Shown: piece after piece, positions 37,966-53,785 of the stretch
How positions within the stretch are numbered: the first letter of the stretch is position 1
How the letters are laid out: each line of letters starts with the position of its first letter
Source: the human T2T-CHM13v2.0 reference genome, Homo sapiens
Assembly: GCF_009914755.1 (NCBI RefSeq)
Contig: NC_060926.1
Length of the DNA stretch: 64,000 nucleotides
Strand: one strand, 5' to 3'
Made by a program: the position numbers and the translations under genes
Notes under the pieces: generated by a model
What the model was told of the DNA's origin: nothing
Databases searched by the model: none
The model's input: only the letters and a program-made list of their open reading frames with translations

Positions 37966-39466
37966 TCTTCTGGTTAAAAATGTAACTGTTAAAATGGTAG
38001 GATTTTTTTTTCCATTTTTTTGGATCCTGTCTTCAATTGAAAGTTACTCACAATAATTTTAAACTGATGGAAAGAAGTAGAACAACTCTATAAATTAATT
38101 ATTCTCCCGGCTTTCTATTCTGACTCTTATCTATTATCTATCTATCCATCCACCTATCTATCATCTCTCTCTCTCTCTTCTATTTATTATTATCTCAATC
38201 ACCTATTTGCAACTATATGAAAGTAATATATTTTCATGGTCAAACAGGTACATTTGACCTTATAAGTAATAATCCACTGCCACATTTTGACCTATTACCA
38301 CCTGTACATCCAAGAAATAAATACTTTAAAGCACTTCTGTTTTGGGTTCTTCTGGAGTTTCTGCCACGTTTTAAAACAACATGCATATGTAGTCATTAAT
38401 TGATATATTAACCTTAGACATTCACTATTGACTTTCTAATGAGGATTTATCTATTGCAATAATCCGAGACACACACCCCCTTCATTGCCATGTTCTTATA
38501 TCAATATTTTTAGTATTTTTATTAGTTAACTATTTTAATATCTTTAAAATTGTGTTTCTTGTTTAATCACTTTTGATAGTATCTCTTGACTGCCCACTTG
38601 GGGGATGAGGATATGAGAAGCCCATATTTCATCTTTTTCCCACTCACACTGACCCACTTCTCTTATCTTCACCTTTACTCTTAAATTTTCAACTTTTACA
38701 TTCTGCTTTGTAACCCTAGTTAAGTCTTCTGTGCTTTGTCCAGAGGGTCATTCTAAAAGTTTAAAATCAATAAAATGCATTTATTTTATTGACTAAATAA
38801 AACTATTCACTGCAGAGCCTGAGTACGATGACTTAATTTGCTTCTTGTTTGGCCATTTAGTTTTTTCTTCCTGTTGTTTTCAATTGCCTTTTAAAAGGGT
38901 CTAGCATTGTCTGACTTTATAACAATATTAAATTTTGCCAACATTTCAGTAAAATTCTTTAACCTAGGACTCCCCTCTTGGTGGGAGGTCCTGGTTCTGA
39001 CGTGGTGCCACTCCAGTCTGTACTGACTCTTTGTAGGCCTGCCTTCTCTTTATTGCTGGCTTGGGTTGGATTCTGAATCTCATTCTTTCTCTTTCTTGGC
39101 TTATCCCCTTACTTTCCTGGAGCATATATTTAAGCAACTTCCTATTAAATAATTTGTGAGAGGAAAATTTTCTGAAACCCTTCATATCTGAAAACATTTT
39201 TATTCTGAGCTTATTTTCATATATTGTCTGGAATAAAATTCTAGGTTCCTTTAATGATGTGAAGGCATTGCTGGTGATAAACTAGATGCCAGCATGATGA
39301 CTCTTTTGTCTATGCAAGCTTTTTTATTTTCCTATCTGTACCCCTTCCCTACCCACTTTCCCCCACAAATACACAAAATTTTAGGATCTTCTCTTTATTC
39401 TTGGTGTTCTGAAATTTTACAAGCATGTGTGTGTATGAATTTTGCATTTAAAATCTTATGTATTAA

Positions 39467-40222
<756 letters not shown>

Positions 40223-40462
40223 TAAATTATTTTGTCTTTGGTAGTTTTGCTTATATTGGTCTTTTTATTCTTCATTTGAGATTTCTTGCCTTTACATGTA
40301 CATGCTTCTGCAGAATGATTTTTACTCAGTAAGCACTTTATTTTTCTTTTAGACTACATTAAATTAATTTTTAATTAACTTTTTTCTTCTTTCTCACTGT
40401 TTTTTTCTTATACCAATATGTCATCACGTTCTTATTTTATAGTGGCTTTTGAAATTTATGTG

Positions 40463-40858
40463 TGTGATGGATGCTCTGTTCTGCCACCCAGATTCCCCTT
40501 CCAATAGGGAGGCACTCATTCCTCTACACCCTGCTGCTCAGTGTTGCTTGTGAGTCCTTTCTTGGGAATTATACAAACCTCCTCCATGGGTAGCCTGAAT
40601 CCAATAACTGATCAATGGGGGTGGGGGTGGGGTTGGGTTCGGTATAGAGCTGGCTTCTTGCTTTAATTCTAGAAATAGCTGAAGGACCATTCCAACCCCT
40701 GAGCACCTCCTAGGGTTATCTGAAGTGTCTGTTGCAGTTGTATCACTTTTTAACTTTTTTTTCTGTTCAATCCTGCTTCTCTTACTTGTTCACTCCCGTC
40801 ATTTGGGACCAGGCAAATCTCTCTCAAGCCTATTTCCCTTGGAGACTGGCCTAAGACA
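40463..40858 (+). mobile_element. LTR16-family (ERVL) solo LTR
   Basis: tgtgatggatgctctg...cccagattcccctt start and ...cctaagaca end are typical of LTR16A/C. Confidence 0.7.
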
Positions 40859-41729
40859 TTATATGAAGATAATAATTTAAAGGGTTTTTTTTAAAGAATT
40901 TTCTTTGTGTCTTGGGGTAAACATTGGGCTAGTTTTCAATTGTATGTTTAAGAGGTGTAGGAAGGTAGGTAAAGAGGGAGTCAGCTCCTCAGAATGACAA
41001 TTAACCACTTTTTAGCCTTTTTTTCCTCCCATGCTCTCCATTTTTATGTCTGCCTCTTCTGCAGGGTTTTGCTCTGTAGGGTAGGGTGCCTCCTCAGTCT
41101 TCACTGACATCATCTCTGCCGACCTTCTGCACATTGGCTTGTGCTACTCTATTTTGTCAATCAATAAGCTTAACCTGCTTTTTGTGTTCCAGAAGTACAT
41201 TAGCTTATCTCTTTTGTTGATACTCACCCGCTTCTTTCAGTTGTAATGCTGAGTTGGATCTTTTTATTCCTTTAGTGTTCATGCGATCCTAAGAGAAGCA
41301 CTGTTCTGTACTCTTTCTTAAACCTGAAGTCTTTTCTTGACTTTTATTTGACTTTAGGAAAATTATATTACTGGTTGACTTTCAGTGAATGAAATTTCAG
41401 TTCTCTAAGATGGTATAAAGATTCTAGACTTTCCCAAATTCCACGGTGGTTATTTGGGAAAACTACCAAATGTAAACAAATGTTTTTATATCAAGTATCT
41501 GGGGAACTTAGGACTAGGTGCAATTATAGGCATTTAACTGTGTTTCTTATAATTATGTAGTCAAATCATGACTGAACATCTCCTCTGTGTCAGACTCTGA
41601 ATATAGTGCCATTTATAGGTTAAAAAACAACAACAACAAACAAAACACATAGTGTCTGGACTCATAGTCTAACGGAGGTGGCAAAAACAGTAGAGATGTT
41701 TTTACTGCAAAATAGCAAATGCCAACTAA

Positions 41730-41985
41730 TAGTATTAGTAAGCTTGTATAGAGCTAAATGTATCAAATGTTTACTATTGCTGGGTCCTCTACAAATGCCT
41801 TACATTTATTAACTAATTAATATTCACAACAAACTTTTGATATAGGCTTTATTCTCTTCCCCATTTTGCAAATGAGGGCACTGAGGCGTTTGCCCATGGG
41901 CTGACAGCTGTTAAGTGGTAAAGCCAGGAATCAAATCCAGAAAGTCTGGCCCAGATACGGAACTCTTTGCCACTGGCTGCATTGT
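41730..41985 (-). mobile_element. MIR SINE
   Basis: cccattttgcaaatgagggcactgaggc...taagtggtaaagccaggaatcaaatccag. Confidence 0.8.
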
Positions 41986-42364
41986 TCTCGAGAGGAGAAC
42001 GGAATAAGCAGAGCACAGAAGTCAGATTCCTGATGGAGTTGGAGATGACGCCCTGAACACTTTCTTTTGTTTTGTTTTGTTTCTATGGGAGGAGGGAATT
42101 CACAGAATTTTTTATCTTTTCTTGATAATCTTTTGGGAAAACCATTCCCAGCATGGGCCAAAGTCCTTAAGCCATGGTCCTTTAAGAAAATACTTGATGT
42201 TCACCTAAAGTTGATATGGCTATGTATGAAAAAATTTCAAAAGAATTTGATTGAATTCTAAATAATTTTGATAATTACAGATCAAATAATTTTATTAAAT
42301 ACTTAGGTATTTTGTTAGTTTTTTTCTTTGAAACTTGCCCTTTCAAAGAAATATTTAAGGATAA

Positions 42365-42800
42365 AATATTACCCTTACCAGTTTGTCAAAAATGAAATAG
42401 CAAATGCCAAGTCTTGCAAAGATGTGGAAATGTGGGAATTCACATATACTATTGGACATTGAAAGTACTTTTGAAAATCATTTAGCATATTCTAGTTATT
42501 GGAGTATGTTTATTTCCTATAACCAAGGAATTCCACACATAGGCATGCACTTTGGGGAAGCTGTTACATATAACCTCAGAAGAAACGTAAAGGAATATTC
42601 ATGGAAAGAACCACTGCTTGTTATAGCAAAACTCTCGAAATGATACAAAAGTCCATTAAATGAAGAATAAGTAAATCAACTTTGGCACCTTAATAAAATA
42701 GGATAAGAAGTAGAAATGTGAGTGTCCAAATACATTTCACTGGATACAGTACTTTGTGTATGTGGTATATTTCATAGCATAATTTTTTAAAGAAATAATA
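42365..42800 (+). mobile_element. Old L1M (L1ME-like) ORF2 3' fragment
   Basis: aatgccaagtcttgcaaagatgtggaaatgtgggaattcacatatact... resembles the L1 ORF2 C-terminal region. Confidence 0.6.
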
Positions 42801-43289
42801 CTTTTAATTGGCTTTAGAAGAACAATGGCCAAGATTTATATAAGAAATTAATGTAACCTTAATTAATGTAACATTACTTCAAGTAATAATAGCAGAATTC
42901 CTAAATCACTTCAGACATTAAGTGCAAACAGGCTTTACACTAAAGACTTAAAGAATTCAGAACCATTAAGCTGGTTAAAGTTTCTCCTTTCTAAAAATGC
43001 AACTTAACAAGGCCATGTGGGTATCTGTGAGATCAACTACTTTCACTTTTATTGGTTTTATTCTTCAGAAAGGATGCTTAAAAAACAAATAGGAGTTAGC
43101 CAGGCAAAGGAAAGTGGGAAGTCCTTTTTAGAGGACAAAAGCAGCGCAAACAGAGTAAAAATCATGGTCCTTTTATCTAACGCTCTCTCTGTGGCTGCTT
43201 TAGCCTAAGACAGCACAGCTATAGTTAGTCTGCTAAATCCTTTGACGTTCTAAATCATAATAAGTGTCAAATGTATTTTTAACACATGC

Positions 43290-43440
43290 CATTCACTTAT
43301 TCATTAGTTCACTCACTAATTTAACAAACATTTATGGAGTACCTACCATACGCTAGTTCTTGTGCTGGGGAAATGCTAGTGAACAAGACATATATAGTCC
43401 CTGCCCTCATGGAACTTACTGTTTAGAAGAGGACAAAGAA
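43290..43440 (-). mobile_element. L2 3' end
   Basis: (CATT)n-like start, aacaaacatttatggagtacctac...gtccctgccctcatggaactta. Confidence 0.8.
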
Positions 43441-43790
43441 ATAGCCAGAAAAAAATGGCCTTTCCCTTAAAGCAACTTTTATATTGACTACATATCTAGC
43501 GCTAAAAATTGACTCAGATACTAACTCAATGAGTTAATAGATCTCCATAATGATCTATACAGAGATCAGTTATAATGGGAATAGGATGCACTATATAGAA
43601 GTCGTTTGGCCTGAAGGATGTTCTGGGTGGAATGAATCCTTTAAACAATTCAATTACTAGGGTCTTTTATGTGTGAGGCACTGAAAAGAATAGAGAAGCA
43701 AATCAGGCATAGACCCTACACTCACTCAGGTGACAGTGGTCAAATTCTGCCCACTTCCCATCATTTCTGCTTCCTGGCTTCTCCCAGTGA

Positions 43791-44219
<429 letters not shown>

Positions 44220-44539
44220 TGAGGGACTATTTCCAACTCAGTGTGAGGTGATGCTTGCCCCCTTCACTGCATTGCTCAATATTTTTAAAAAGAATTGGAC
44301 TCATATCATTAATGTAAACCAGTGACTCTGTTCTTTGCTCTAACCCTCACACTGCTCCGTTACGTATGACAATCCTTTTGTTACAGATAAGGAAAGGAGA
44401 CTACAGTTTGACAAGTTTTCCCAATGATATATCAGCCCAAGAGTAGTAGAAGAAGAATTTGGCCCTAAACTCCAGTTTTCCCAAGAAGCTCTATTGCCTC
44501 TCTTACAAAAATTCATCTTTTTGTTTTGTTTTGTTTTAA

Positions 44540-44844
<305 letters not shown>

Positions 44845-45339
44845 TCTGTTTCTTTTATTGGTAATTTTACTCTTCTTTCTTCTGATTTCTGAGTGTCCAC
44901 TATCATAATTCAAAACTGACTTGTCCATAAGTGATAACACAGGACTCCAGTGTCTAGTCCAATTTTCTTTCTGTTTCCCATGCTGCTGATGTATTTAAAG
45001 TTCTCCTTTGAGTTTTAGCAAAGCTAAAGCTCTGAAGCATCCATCAGAGTGAAGGTTTACTTCATTCTCACTTTGTAAAATCCCTATGAACTAGTAAAAC
45101 TAAGTTTTACTTCATTTTGACCTTGTAAAATTCTACACACATAAATATATGAATCCATGGAAGGAAAGAGATGATCAAGGTTTTGTAGGTAGGTCATACT
45201 AAGCCCAAAGTGAAAGGAGCAAACAGATGCAAGGGAGTTTGACATTCTGCCAGAGCAAAGCCTATGGCATTGACACATACTATAGGCTTTCATTTCAGTA
45301 TTGTATAATAAGCAATTACTGAAAGTAGCTATGTATTCA

Positions 45340-45598
45340 TTAATAGTATTCATTTCTTCATTCATTTATACATTCTATAAACATTTTTTGAGTGCCAAAC
45401 AAGTATCCAGTATTATTCTAGGCACAGGGGATGCAGCAGTAACCTCCAAGGTTGAGATTCATATCTTTAACGTATTAGCTGGTTAGTGATGAAAGACAGA
45501 TAGTAAATAAGTGGACACATAAATAACATAATTCTTGGTAGTGATAAAAGCAATGAAGAAAATAAAACAGGTAATAAATTATGATTATTTGGGGGAGG
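45340..45598 (-). mobile_element. L2 fragment
   Basis: aacattttttgagtgcc...tctaggcacaggggatgcagcagt...gcaatgaagaaaataaaacagg. Confidence 0.7.
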
Positions 45599-45600
45599 GC

Positions 45601-46130
45601 TATGGTGGGTGACGTCTATCATGGCCCCTAATGACCTATCTCAAGAATGTATTTAAGGACTCAAGACCTTATGGGCTCTCCTAGCAACTTCTCATTAGTT
45701 GCTTCTCATCAATTGAAATTGGAAAAGATGATAGGATGTTACTTTCATGATCAGATTTTAAGAAATTTATAGCTTAGATCTTGGTAGCAGTCTCTCTATT
45801 GCTTTGATAAGTGAGCTGCCATGTTGGAGAGCTCAGTATGATAAGAAAATATGAGGGCTCTTTAGCCAATAGCCAGTGAGGAACTCAGGACCTCAGTCCA
45901 ACAACCCTCAAGGAGCAAATTCAGCCAGCAACTTGAGTGAGCACAGAAGAACTTCCTTTCTGACTTGAACTTTCAGATGAAACCCAGCCCTGACCAAGCT
46001 GATCTGAGAGAAAACCTGAAACAGAGGTCTCAGTTAAGCCTACCTGGATTCTCGACTCACAGAAACTGAAATAATAAATATGTGTTGTTTTAAGCCTCTA
46101 AGTCTATCATAATATTGTCATGCAGTGGTC
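45601..46130 (+). mobile_element. MLT1F-like solo LTR
   Basis: gccagtgaggaactcaggacctcagtccaacaacc...cacagaaactgaaataataaatatgtgttgttttaagcc. Confidence 0.75.
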
Positions 46131-46292
46131 ACGTTTGTGTATCACACATATATATCACATATATATGCTTAAAACTTACAGTAATCTCTTTTAAGTTGCT
46201 TATGACAGTGGAAGGCTTATTTGTTATCTATGTTGTACTGTTATATAACTGGGATTTTAGCCTCTTTGTGACAAACATTGATCTCTATCTTC

Positions 46293-47101
<809 letters not shown>

Positions 47102-47819
47102 CCTTCTGAAGTGTCATTGGATTATTTGAATCCTTTATTTCAATAGCAGTTATCTAATTTGTGCCAGGTTATGTGAGTTGCTAAAAGAATCAGCTTTAAT
47201 GAGGTCTTTTTCACTTTCCACATATATCAACTTCTCTTTAAGATTTTACAGGCTTATTCATGGACTATTACAATTAATAATGTTTAAGTGTGCTAAGTGG
47301 TAATACCTTGTCAAACACCATTTTTCTTTGAGACATTAGGACTTATTGAGGTTCTTGGTCTAGAGAAAATTCCAGGCTTACAGAAATAGCAATAGTGCTA
47401 ATGTATTAAAAAAAATCATATTGAGTCTATTCTGTTAGAGCTCCATGGAAGTCTGCATGAAGATCTGTGCATGCAGCCTGTGCCTGACAGCTAGTGGTTG
47501 GGTTTTAGATGCCACCATCTAAACATCTTTGGTACCATTTCCTAGAATGAGCTCAACATAACATGCTGCCCAGTAGCTTCTGGAATCAGCTCTTAACAGA
47601 AAATCTTCAGTGGAACAGCTGGGCCTGCATCTGTTCCATGACTTAAGCAGAGATTCATCCACAGGCTGGCCTGCAGGAGAATGAACAACAACAAAAAACT
47701 TTCAGGAGGATGACAGGGAGAGTGAACAAGAGCCACACAACCATACATGTCCTGAGAGAAGTGAAGGATGGAGAGACAGGCCACTCAAATTGTTGGATCA
47801 GCACCCTGGGTATGACAGA

Positions 47820-48320
47820 GGATACCATATTAAAGAAAGACTAATTTCAAACAGGGAAAATTTTCTAAAAATATGTGATAGATAAAGGGACAATATGCAT
47901 AACGTATAAAATCTACCTACAGATCAATTAAAAAATGGCCAAATAGAAAATGGGCAAAAGACATGAACATATATTTTATATTTAAAAACACACAGCTCAA
48001 CAACAGCATTATCAGAGGAATGAATATTTAAAAGATAATGTCTTGCTTACCAAATAGCAAAATTTAAAGGCTGGTAATACTAAATTTTAGTCAGTAGGTA
48101 TAAGAGAAAATAGGTATTCTCTACACCGACAGTAAGAATATAATTGATTAAATTTTCCTACAGGGCAGTATACATTAAAATTAAAAACCACTATGTTCTT
48201 TGATTCAACAAATACATTTTAGGGCATTTTTCTTACAAAAAAATTTGTAAAAGTTGACAAAGATATTTGTATAGTAATAATGGTCACTGCAATATAGATT
48301 TTTAGTAACAGAAAATTACC
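47820..48320 (+). mobile_element. Old L1M (L1ME-like) fragment
   Basis: gataaagggacaatatgcat...aatagaaaatgggcaaaagacatgaaca. Confidence 0.65.
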
Positions 48321-50961
48321 ATCATTCCACACTTATTTAATATTGGTTACACAGATGAGCTTTACTGAATGTAGAGGGAGAACAGGCAAGGCAATGAAGC
48401 GGTCCCTCTTTAAAAGAGCATTCTTTTCTTGCTTCTGATTGTAATAATGCAGCCTCTGGTTTCCTGGTCCTGATGGGGATGTGTGAGCTTGACATTCATT
48501 TGGGATGTGGGTGCCCACTGTGAGTCTACAGCGATGGTTCTCTGTGCTGGCTTCACTTTAGAGTATTAGTGTCATATGGGTAAATCAGTTGTTGGGAGAC
48601 TGGCTCTCACATCAAGGCAATGCAGGGGACAGACAGCAGATGGCTTCCCTCCAATCTCTACTCCTCCTGCTGTGTCAAGAGGCTCCTTTTTCAGGCTTGC
48701 CCCTGTCGTGCCCTCTTCCTGCCTCCATGCACACACACCAGCTCATGAAAGCCTTTGGTCTCTTAAGGTTTTTATATTGGTTTAGCAGATAAAAATTTCC
48801 CTCTCCTGTGTTGTTTTTCTGGAGTTGATACTGGAGGAAAGAACTAGCAGCCCATGCTTGTTCAGCATCTTAGCAAGAATTACAAGTAGCCTTTATATTT
48901 TAAAAAATCAAATGAAACATATCAGAATTTTAAAATATTAATTTTCTTTTGTTTATTTGAGTTCATGATGTGGCTCTTTCTAAAAGTATTCTGAATTTAA
49001 TATTTTTTTCATATATTTATAGGGAACATATGTTTCTTTTAAAAAATATCAGGAAAGCTAGATCAATACATAATTAAGGAAAGGGTTTCCACAGCAGAGC
49101 TAGGAGATGACATATGAAGCTTTGTCATTTCCCCTGGGGAGTTGGCTGGAAGCAGCAGCTGCAGCTTTCTGAGCTCATCCCAAGGCAGGGTGACTGAGGG
49201 AGACTTTGCACATTGGGACCAACTCCACCTCCAAGAGTGAAGGGTCTGATGTGACTTGGCCAATGTAGAGCCAGCTCAGCAGTGGAGGTCACCGTGGGAC
49301 TCTTTGAGGTCCCTTTGGGAAGGATGTTCTCTCTCTGGTTCTGGCTCTAATTCTGCAAGCACCTGTTTTTTTTTCTTGTCCCAATGGGGACATGTGAGCC
49401 TTGGTATTTATTTGGAATTTTGGGGCCCACTGATGCTGCACAGCAATAGTTCTCAGAGTGGTTGGCTTCTCATTACAGTTACCTGGGTGCATATGTTGGT
49501 TCCTATGCCTCCCTCCTAATTGGTTTGGGGTTTCGCTTAAGCATTGCTTTTTGTTTTAAAGGTCCTCAGCTAGTGGAATGCCTCATCTCACAACACAGCT
49601 TAAGCCAACCCTTGAGGCAGGAGGCACCTGCTGTTATAGATATGGAAAATCATGCTTCCTTCCATCCTACTGCCATGTATAGAGCAACTAGGGTTACTCT
49701 CACACTCTCCAAATTCTTGCACTTCTCCAAAGGGGTCACATGCTGCCCATGTCCTTCATTACAAGCAGCCAAAGTCAAAAGGCTGATCCATCGGTGAACC
49801 CACTTGAGTGTGTTAACAGATGTATGTAAACTTCACAAGGTCAGAGCATTTTTGAAGAGACCCAGATCATTAATTAAGCATCTTCCAGGCGGACAACATT
49901 ATCACAGAGGGAAATAAAATAATTTATTTTGTATAGTTGTGTTGTCAACTTTTTAATCAGCATAAAAAATAGTTAGACCAAATTCATAAATTGATTTGGC
50001 AGAAGCAAATGGTGTAGGAGACCAGAATAGAAATGCCAGGAGGCTTTAGTAGGGAAAAACAAACATGGAGTACAAAATAACCCACCCTCTAGGAAAAAAG
50101 TGACAACACTAGTTTTTTTCTAACCATTTTTCAATGGTTCTGTTGGTAAAAGAAAACAGAATTCTAGTATTATGCTTGTAACATGTAGAATTCTGGTCTT
50201 AATCAAGACTTGCTATGTTTTTGAGCCTTTTTTCCCCCAAGTCATATTTAAACTAGGGATAAAGCAAACTAAGTATTTTCCCAAATCTGGTTCTATTTAA
50301 CAACGTATTCATGTAGTGTAGTGTTATTCCTGCAAAAATGAAACTTAATTTGCACGTGAATTTAGGGTCCCAAATTTTGCTGTGGACTGTTGTCTGCATT
50401 CTATGAAACTGGTACTTCCAAGCCTTCAGAAAGAAAAGACCTAGAGAATCAGGCTCCTCTGTGGGATATGAGGATGCTACCATGTGTTCAGGAGACCCAA
50501 GTTTAACACACACACATCAGTGTGTGTAGGGTTTTTACTATTGACTTTAGAAGACTCGTTTGGGGTTAAGAGCTCAAGTGCAAGCAGTCACCCCGGATAA
50601 GATCAGTGGGCTCTAAAGATCTAGATGAAGCCTCCCTGACATTAACTAGCTAGAAAACAGATAAACACAATGAAGGTGGACTAGAAGGAGTTGAAGCATT
50701 GCTAAAACCAGTGCAGTTGAGTGACTCTTTCTAGCATTCCCCACCATCAGAGCTAAAAATAATTTTTATCATGACTGGAAAACCAGGCAGTGTTATCAGG
50801 TACTAAACCTCTTATTTCAGAACCCAGTTAATCTCTTGGGCAGTGAAGTAGAAACAAAAAAAAATAGCTTTACTATGGAACTATGAATGAAAAATTACAG
50901 AACACACATACCTTCTGTTTTCCATAAATCCCTTAAGTGCCACTATAAAACCTCACCCTTT

Positions 50962-51065
50962 CGGGAAGCTGAGGCAAGAGAATGGCATGAACCCGTGAGG
51001 TGGACTTGCAGTGAGCCAAGATAATGACACTGTACTCCATCCTGGGCACAGAGCAAGACTCCATC

Positions 51066-51112
<47 letters not shown>

Positions 51113-51130
51113 AAAAGAAAAGAAAAAAAC
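50962..51130 (+). mobile_element. 5'-truncated AluY (right arm only) with (AAAT)n tail
   Basis: gagaatggcatgaaccc...cttgcagtgagc Y diagnostics. Perfect 14-bp TSD aaacctcacccttt at 50948-50961 and 51131-51144. Confidence 0.93.
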
Positions 51131-51409
51131 AAACCTCACCCTTTGTAGCTTCCCTGAGGCAGCCTGATTTTATCATTCAAAAACTGGAAACACTAGGACA
51201 GAAGGTCTATTAGATCTATGAACTTATCTAGGAGGTCTTAGCACAATGTCTAAAAATACCTGGAAGTTAATACTTTCAAAATAACCTGGCTGACAATTTG
51301 GCTATGGAAAAAAATATAAAGGACTTTGCGGTTTCTTTCCTGCTTGCCAACATTTCCCCCATTGTTCCCTGCCACGCACTGCTGTGTTTGTTTATATCAG
51401 TACTGCATT

Positions 51410-51638
51410 ATGGGTGACAATGCAGACTGAAAACACACAGCTTATTTGAATTCCAGCCTGCCACTTTCTTGCTGGGTAACTATAGACGGGTTACTTAAAC
51501 ACTCTGAACCTCAACTTTCCCTTATTTAAATTACGTATGGGTAATAATAGTACCTACTTTATAGAATGTGGCTAGGATTAGATAAAAGGCCCTCTGATTA
51601 ATGCCTGACGCATAGCTAATGCTAAGTAAAAGTTAACA
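51410..51638 (+). mobile_element. MIR SINE
   Basis: tttgaattccagcctgccactt...gttacttaaacactctgaacctca...gggtaataatagtacctac. Confidence 0.75.
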
Positions 51639-51640
51639 CT

Positions 51641-52595
51641 TGAAAGAGTGAAAAAGCTGTTCAAGATGAAAGAGTGAAAATTAATTCAGGCTGTTCCTGG
51701 GGCTGGAAGGTCAGACATAGAAAAATCCAGCTAAAAAATTAACAAAAACCACTGTTCCTCCCCAGGTCAAACAGCAGCTGTAGAATTCATAATGACCTCT
51801 TCTTTGAGTGGTTACAGCTTTCCTACCTATGACTCCCTGAGACCCATCTTGAAATTCCCTAATATTATCGGGGATATCCAATCGCTAGATGACTGTGTTA
51901 GACTGTTTTCGCATTGCTCTAAAGGAATACCTGAGATTGGGCAATTTATAGAGAAAAAAGTTGTAAGTGGCTCTCTGTTCTGCAGGCTATCCAGGATGCA
52001 TGGTGCCAGCATCTGCTCATGGTAAAGGCCTCAGGAAGCATACAATCATGGTGGAAAATGAAAGGGGAGCAGGTGTGTCACATGGTGAAGGCAGGAGCAA
52101 GAGAAAGAGGAAGGCTCTTTTAAAAGAAAAGCACTGCCCGGCTCTTTTAAACCATCAGCTATTTTTTGAACTAATGGAGTGAGAACTCACTAATCACCAA
52201 GGACCGTGGTGCTAAACCGTTCATGAGGGATCTGCCCCCGCGATCCAACACCTCCCAGCAGGCCCCACCTTCAACATTGGAAGTCACATTTCACCATGAG
52301 ATTTGGAGGTGGCGAACATCCAAACAATACCATGTTACCTTTGCCTCATGACCTAATTCCTAGTCAATCTCTGTTTTTCTTAGTCCAGCCTCAGGATAAG
52401 CAACCAAGCCAGAATTAATTCCTGCTTCCTTTAGATCTCCCTTAAAGCCTTTCATCAGGATCTCAAACCTTAAAAAAGACGTTTTCCTCCTCCCTCATGG
52501 TATCTGGATTGCCCTCCCTCACTGTTGAATCAATTAATCTGATCTTCCAGACAGCAGATTTGTGGCTGGTAGTCTCTGGCTGCTAAGGTTTGGCA
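51641..52595 (+). mobile_element. Probable old ERV1-class LTR (MER90/MER110-like), split by MSTB
   Basis: TG start (tgaaagagtgaaaa) and LTR-like 3' end (...ctggtagtctctggctgctaaggtttggca). Family uncertain. Confidence 0.4.
51894..52332 (-). mobile_element. MSTB-like solo LTR
   Basis: tgtgttagactgttttcgcattgctctaaaggaatacctgag...gatttggagg...catccaaacaatacca. Confidence 0.88.
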
Positions 52596-53584
52596 CTATG
52601 GCTGTTGTTATTGTTGTAGTGATAGCAGTAATAGCAGGTGCAAGGTGTTCAGGGACCTAGAGATGCATTGCATATATTCTAGAGACATTTTATTCATTTA
52701 TTACTTACTTAAGATAGATTTTGTATATGTGTGGGTAGGGTAGGGGGTCATAAATTTTTGTTAAATCTTTGAGTAAGAGCCCCGTTCTCTACTACAGGAG
52801 TCTCACTGGATGGCAATGAGAAAAGCCCATGTCACAGAAAACTTCAGGGAATCTTAGAAATCTGGGCATCCAAATACCAAGATGTAGGTCAACAGGACCT
52901 TTGTAAGTGGATTTTTGGTGCCTTTTCCCCAAAAGTAACATTGACAGTTTACCCAAACAAATAAATGCTCCCATATTGATGGAAAAGTTTACATATCAAT
53001 CTAAAGAGATATGAAAGTAGTGTGGGGATGAAGAGGCAGTATACAGTTCACTATTAGTGAGTCCTACCACCTTTTGAAGAAACACAGTATACTGCATTTT
53101 CTAGGTATAAGTGCCACAGTGCATTGGCAGAGAGAATGCAACGGGGTGCCCATTGGTTGGGGAAGGCTTTGGGAAGCAATTGGCCCTAAAATGATGTTTG
53201 AAACCTGGGCAGACTGGGAAGGGCATTCTAGCCTGGAAAAAGAGTATGAAGGAAGAATGGTATGAGTCTGGCATGGAACAATGCCTTCTCTCTAACCAGT
53301 GATTATCCATTATTGAATAGAATGGGGAAACATATCACAGGAAGCTGGGCCAATTTTTAAAACTCACAGTGCCCATAGGAGGGAAAACAATAGTTCATCA
53401 TTAGTGGTGAAGAAATTAGAAACTACTAATCCCTGCCAGGTTCTTGTGTGTGTTCACTGTACCATCAGCTTAGTGGTTCAGGGACAAAGCCAGATGTCAG
53501 ATAAGTGAGTAAGATCCAGGGACATCAAAGGTCTTGAGCATCCAGGCAAGCCCAGGCCTACTTCTATTTCTGCATCTACAATAG

Positions 53585-53785
53585 AGCTTCAGTGGAATTT
53601 TCTTTTATAATGAAAATGTTTTATATCAGTACTGTCTAATATGGTAGCTGTGTGGCTATTGAACAGTTAAGGTGTGGCTAATGTGACTAAGAAACAGAAT
53701 TTTGACTTTAAATTTGACTAAAGCTGTTTAGATTAATTCAAATTTAAATTTGTATGGCTAGTGGTTATCATATTGGACAACACAG
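53585..53785 (+). mobile_element. MER3 (hAT-Charlie)
   Basis: tactgtctaatatggtagc...gtggctattgaac...tggctagtggttatcatattggacaacacag. Confidence 0.8.

Noticed and set aside
47797-47817. REST/RE1-like tcagcaccctgggta
   Set aside because: Only the left half-site matches; the GGACAG right half is absent.
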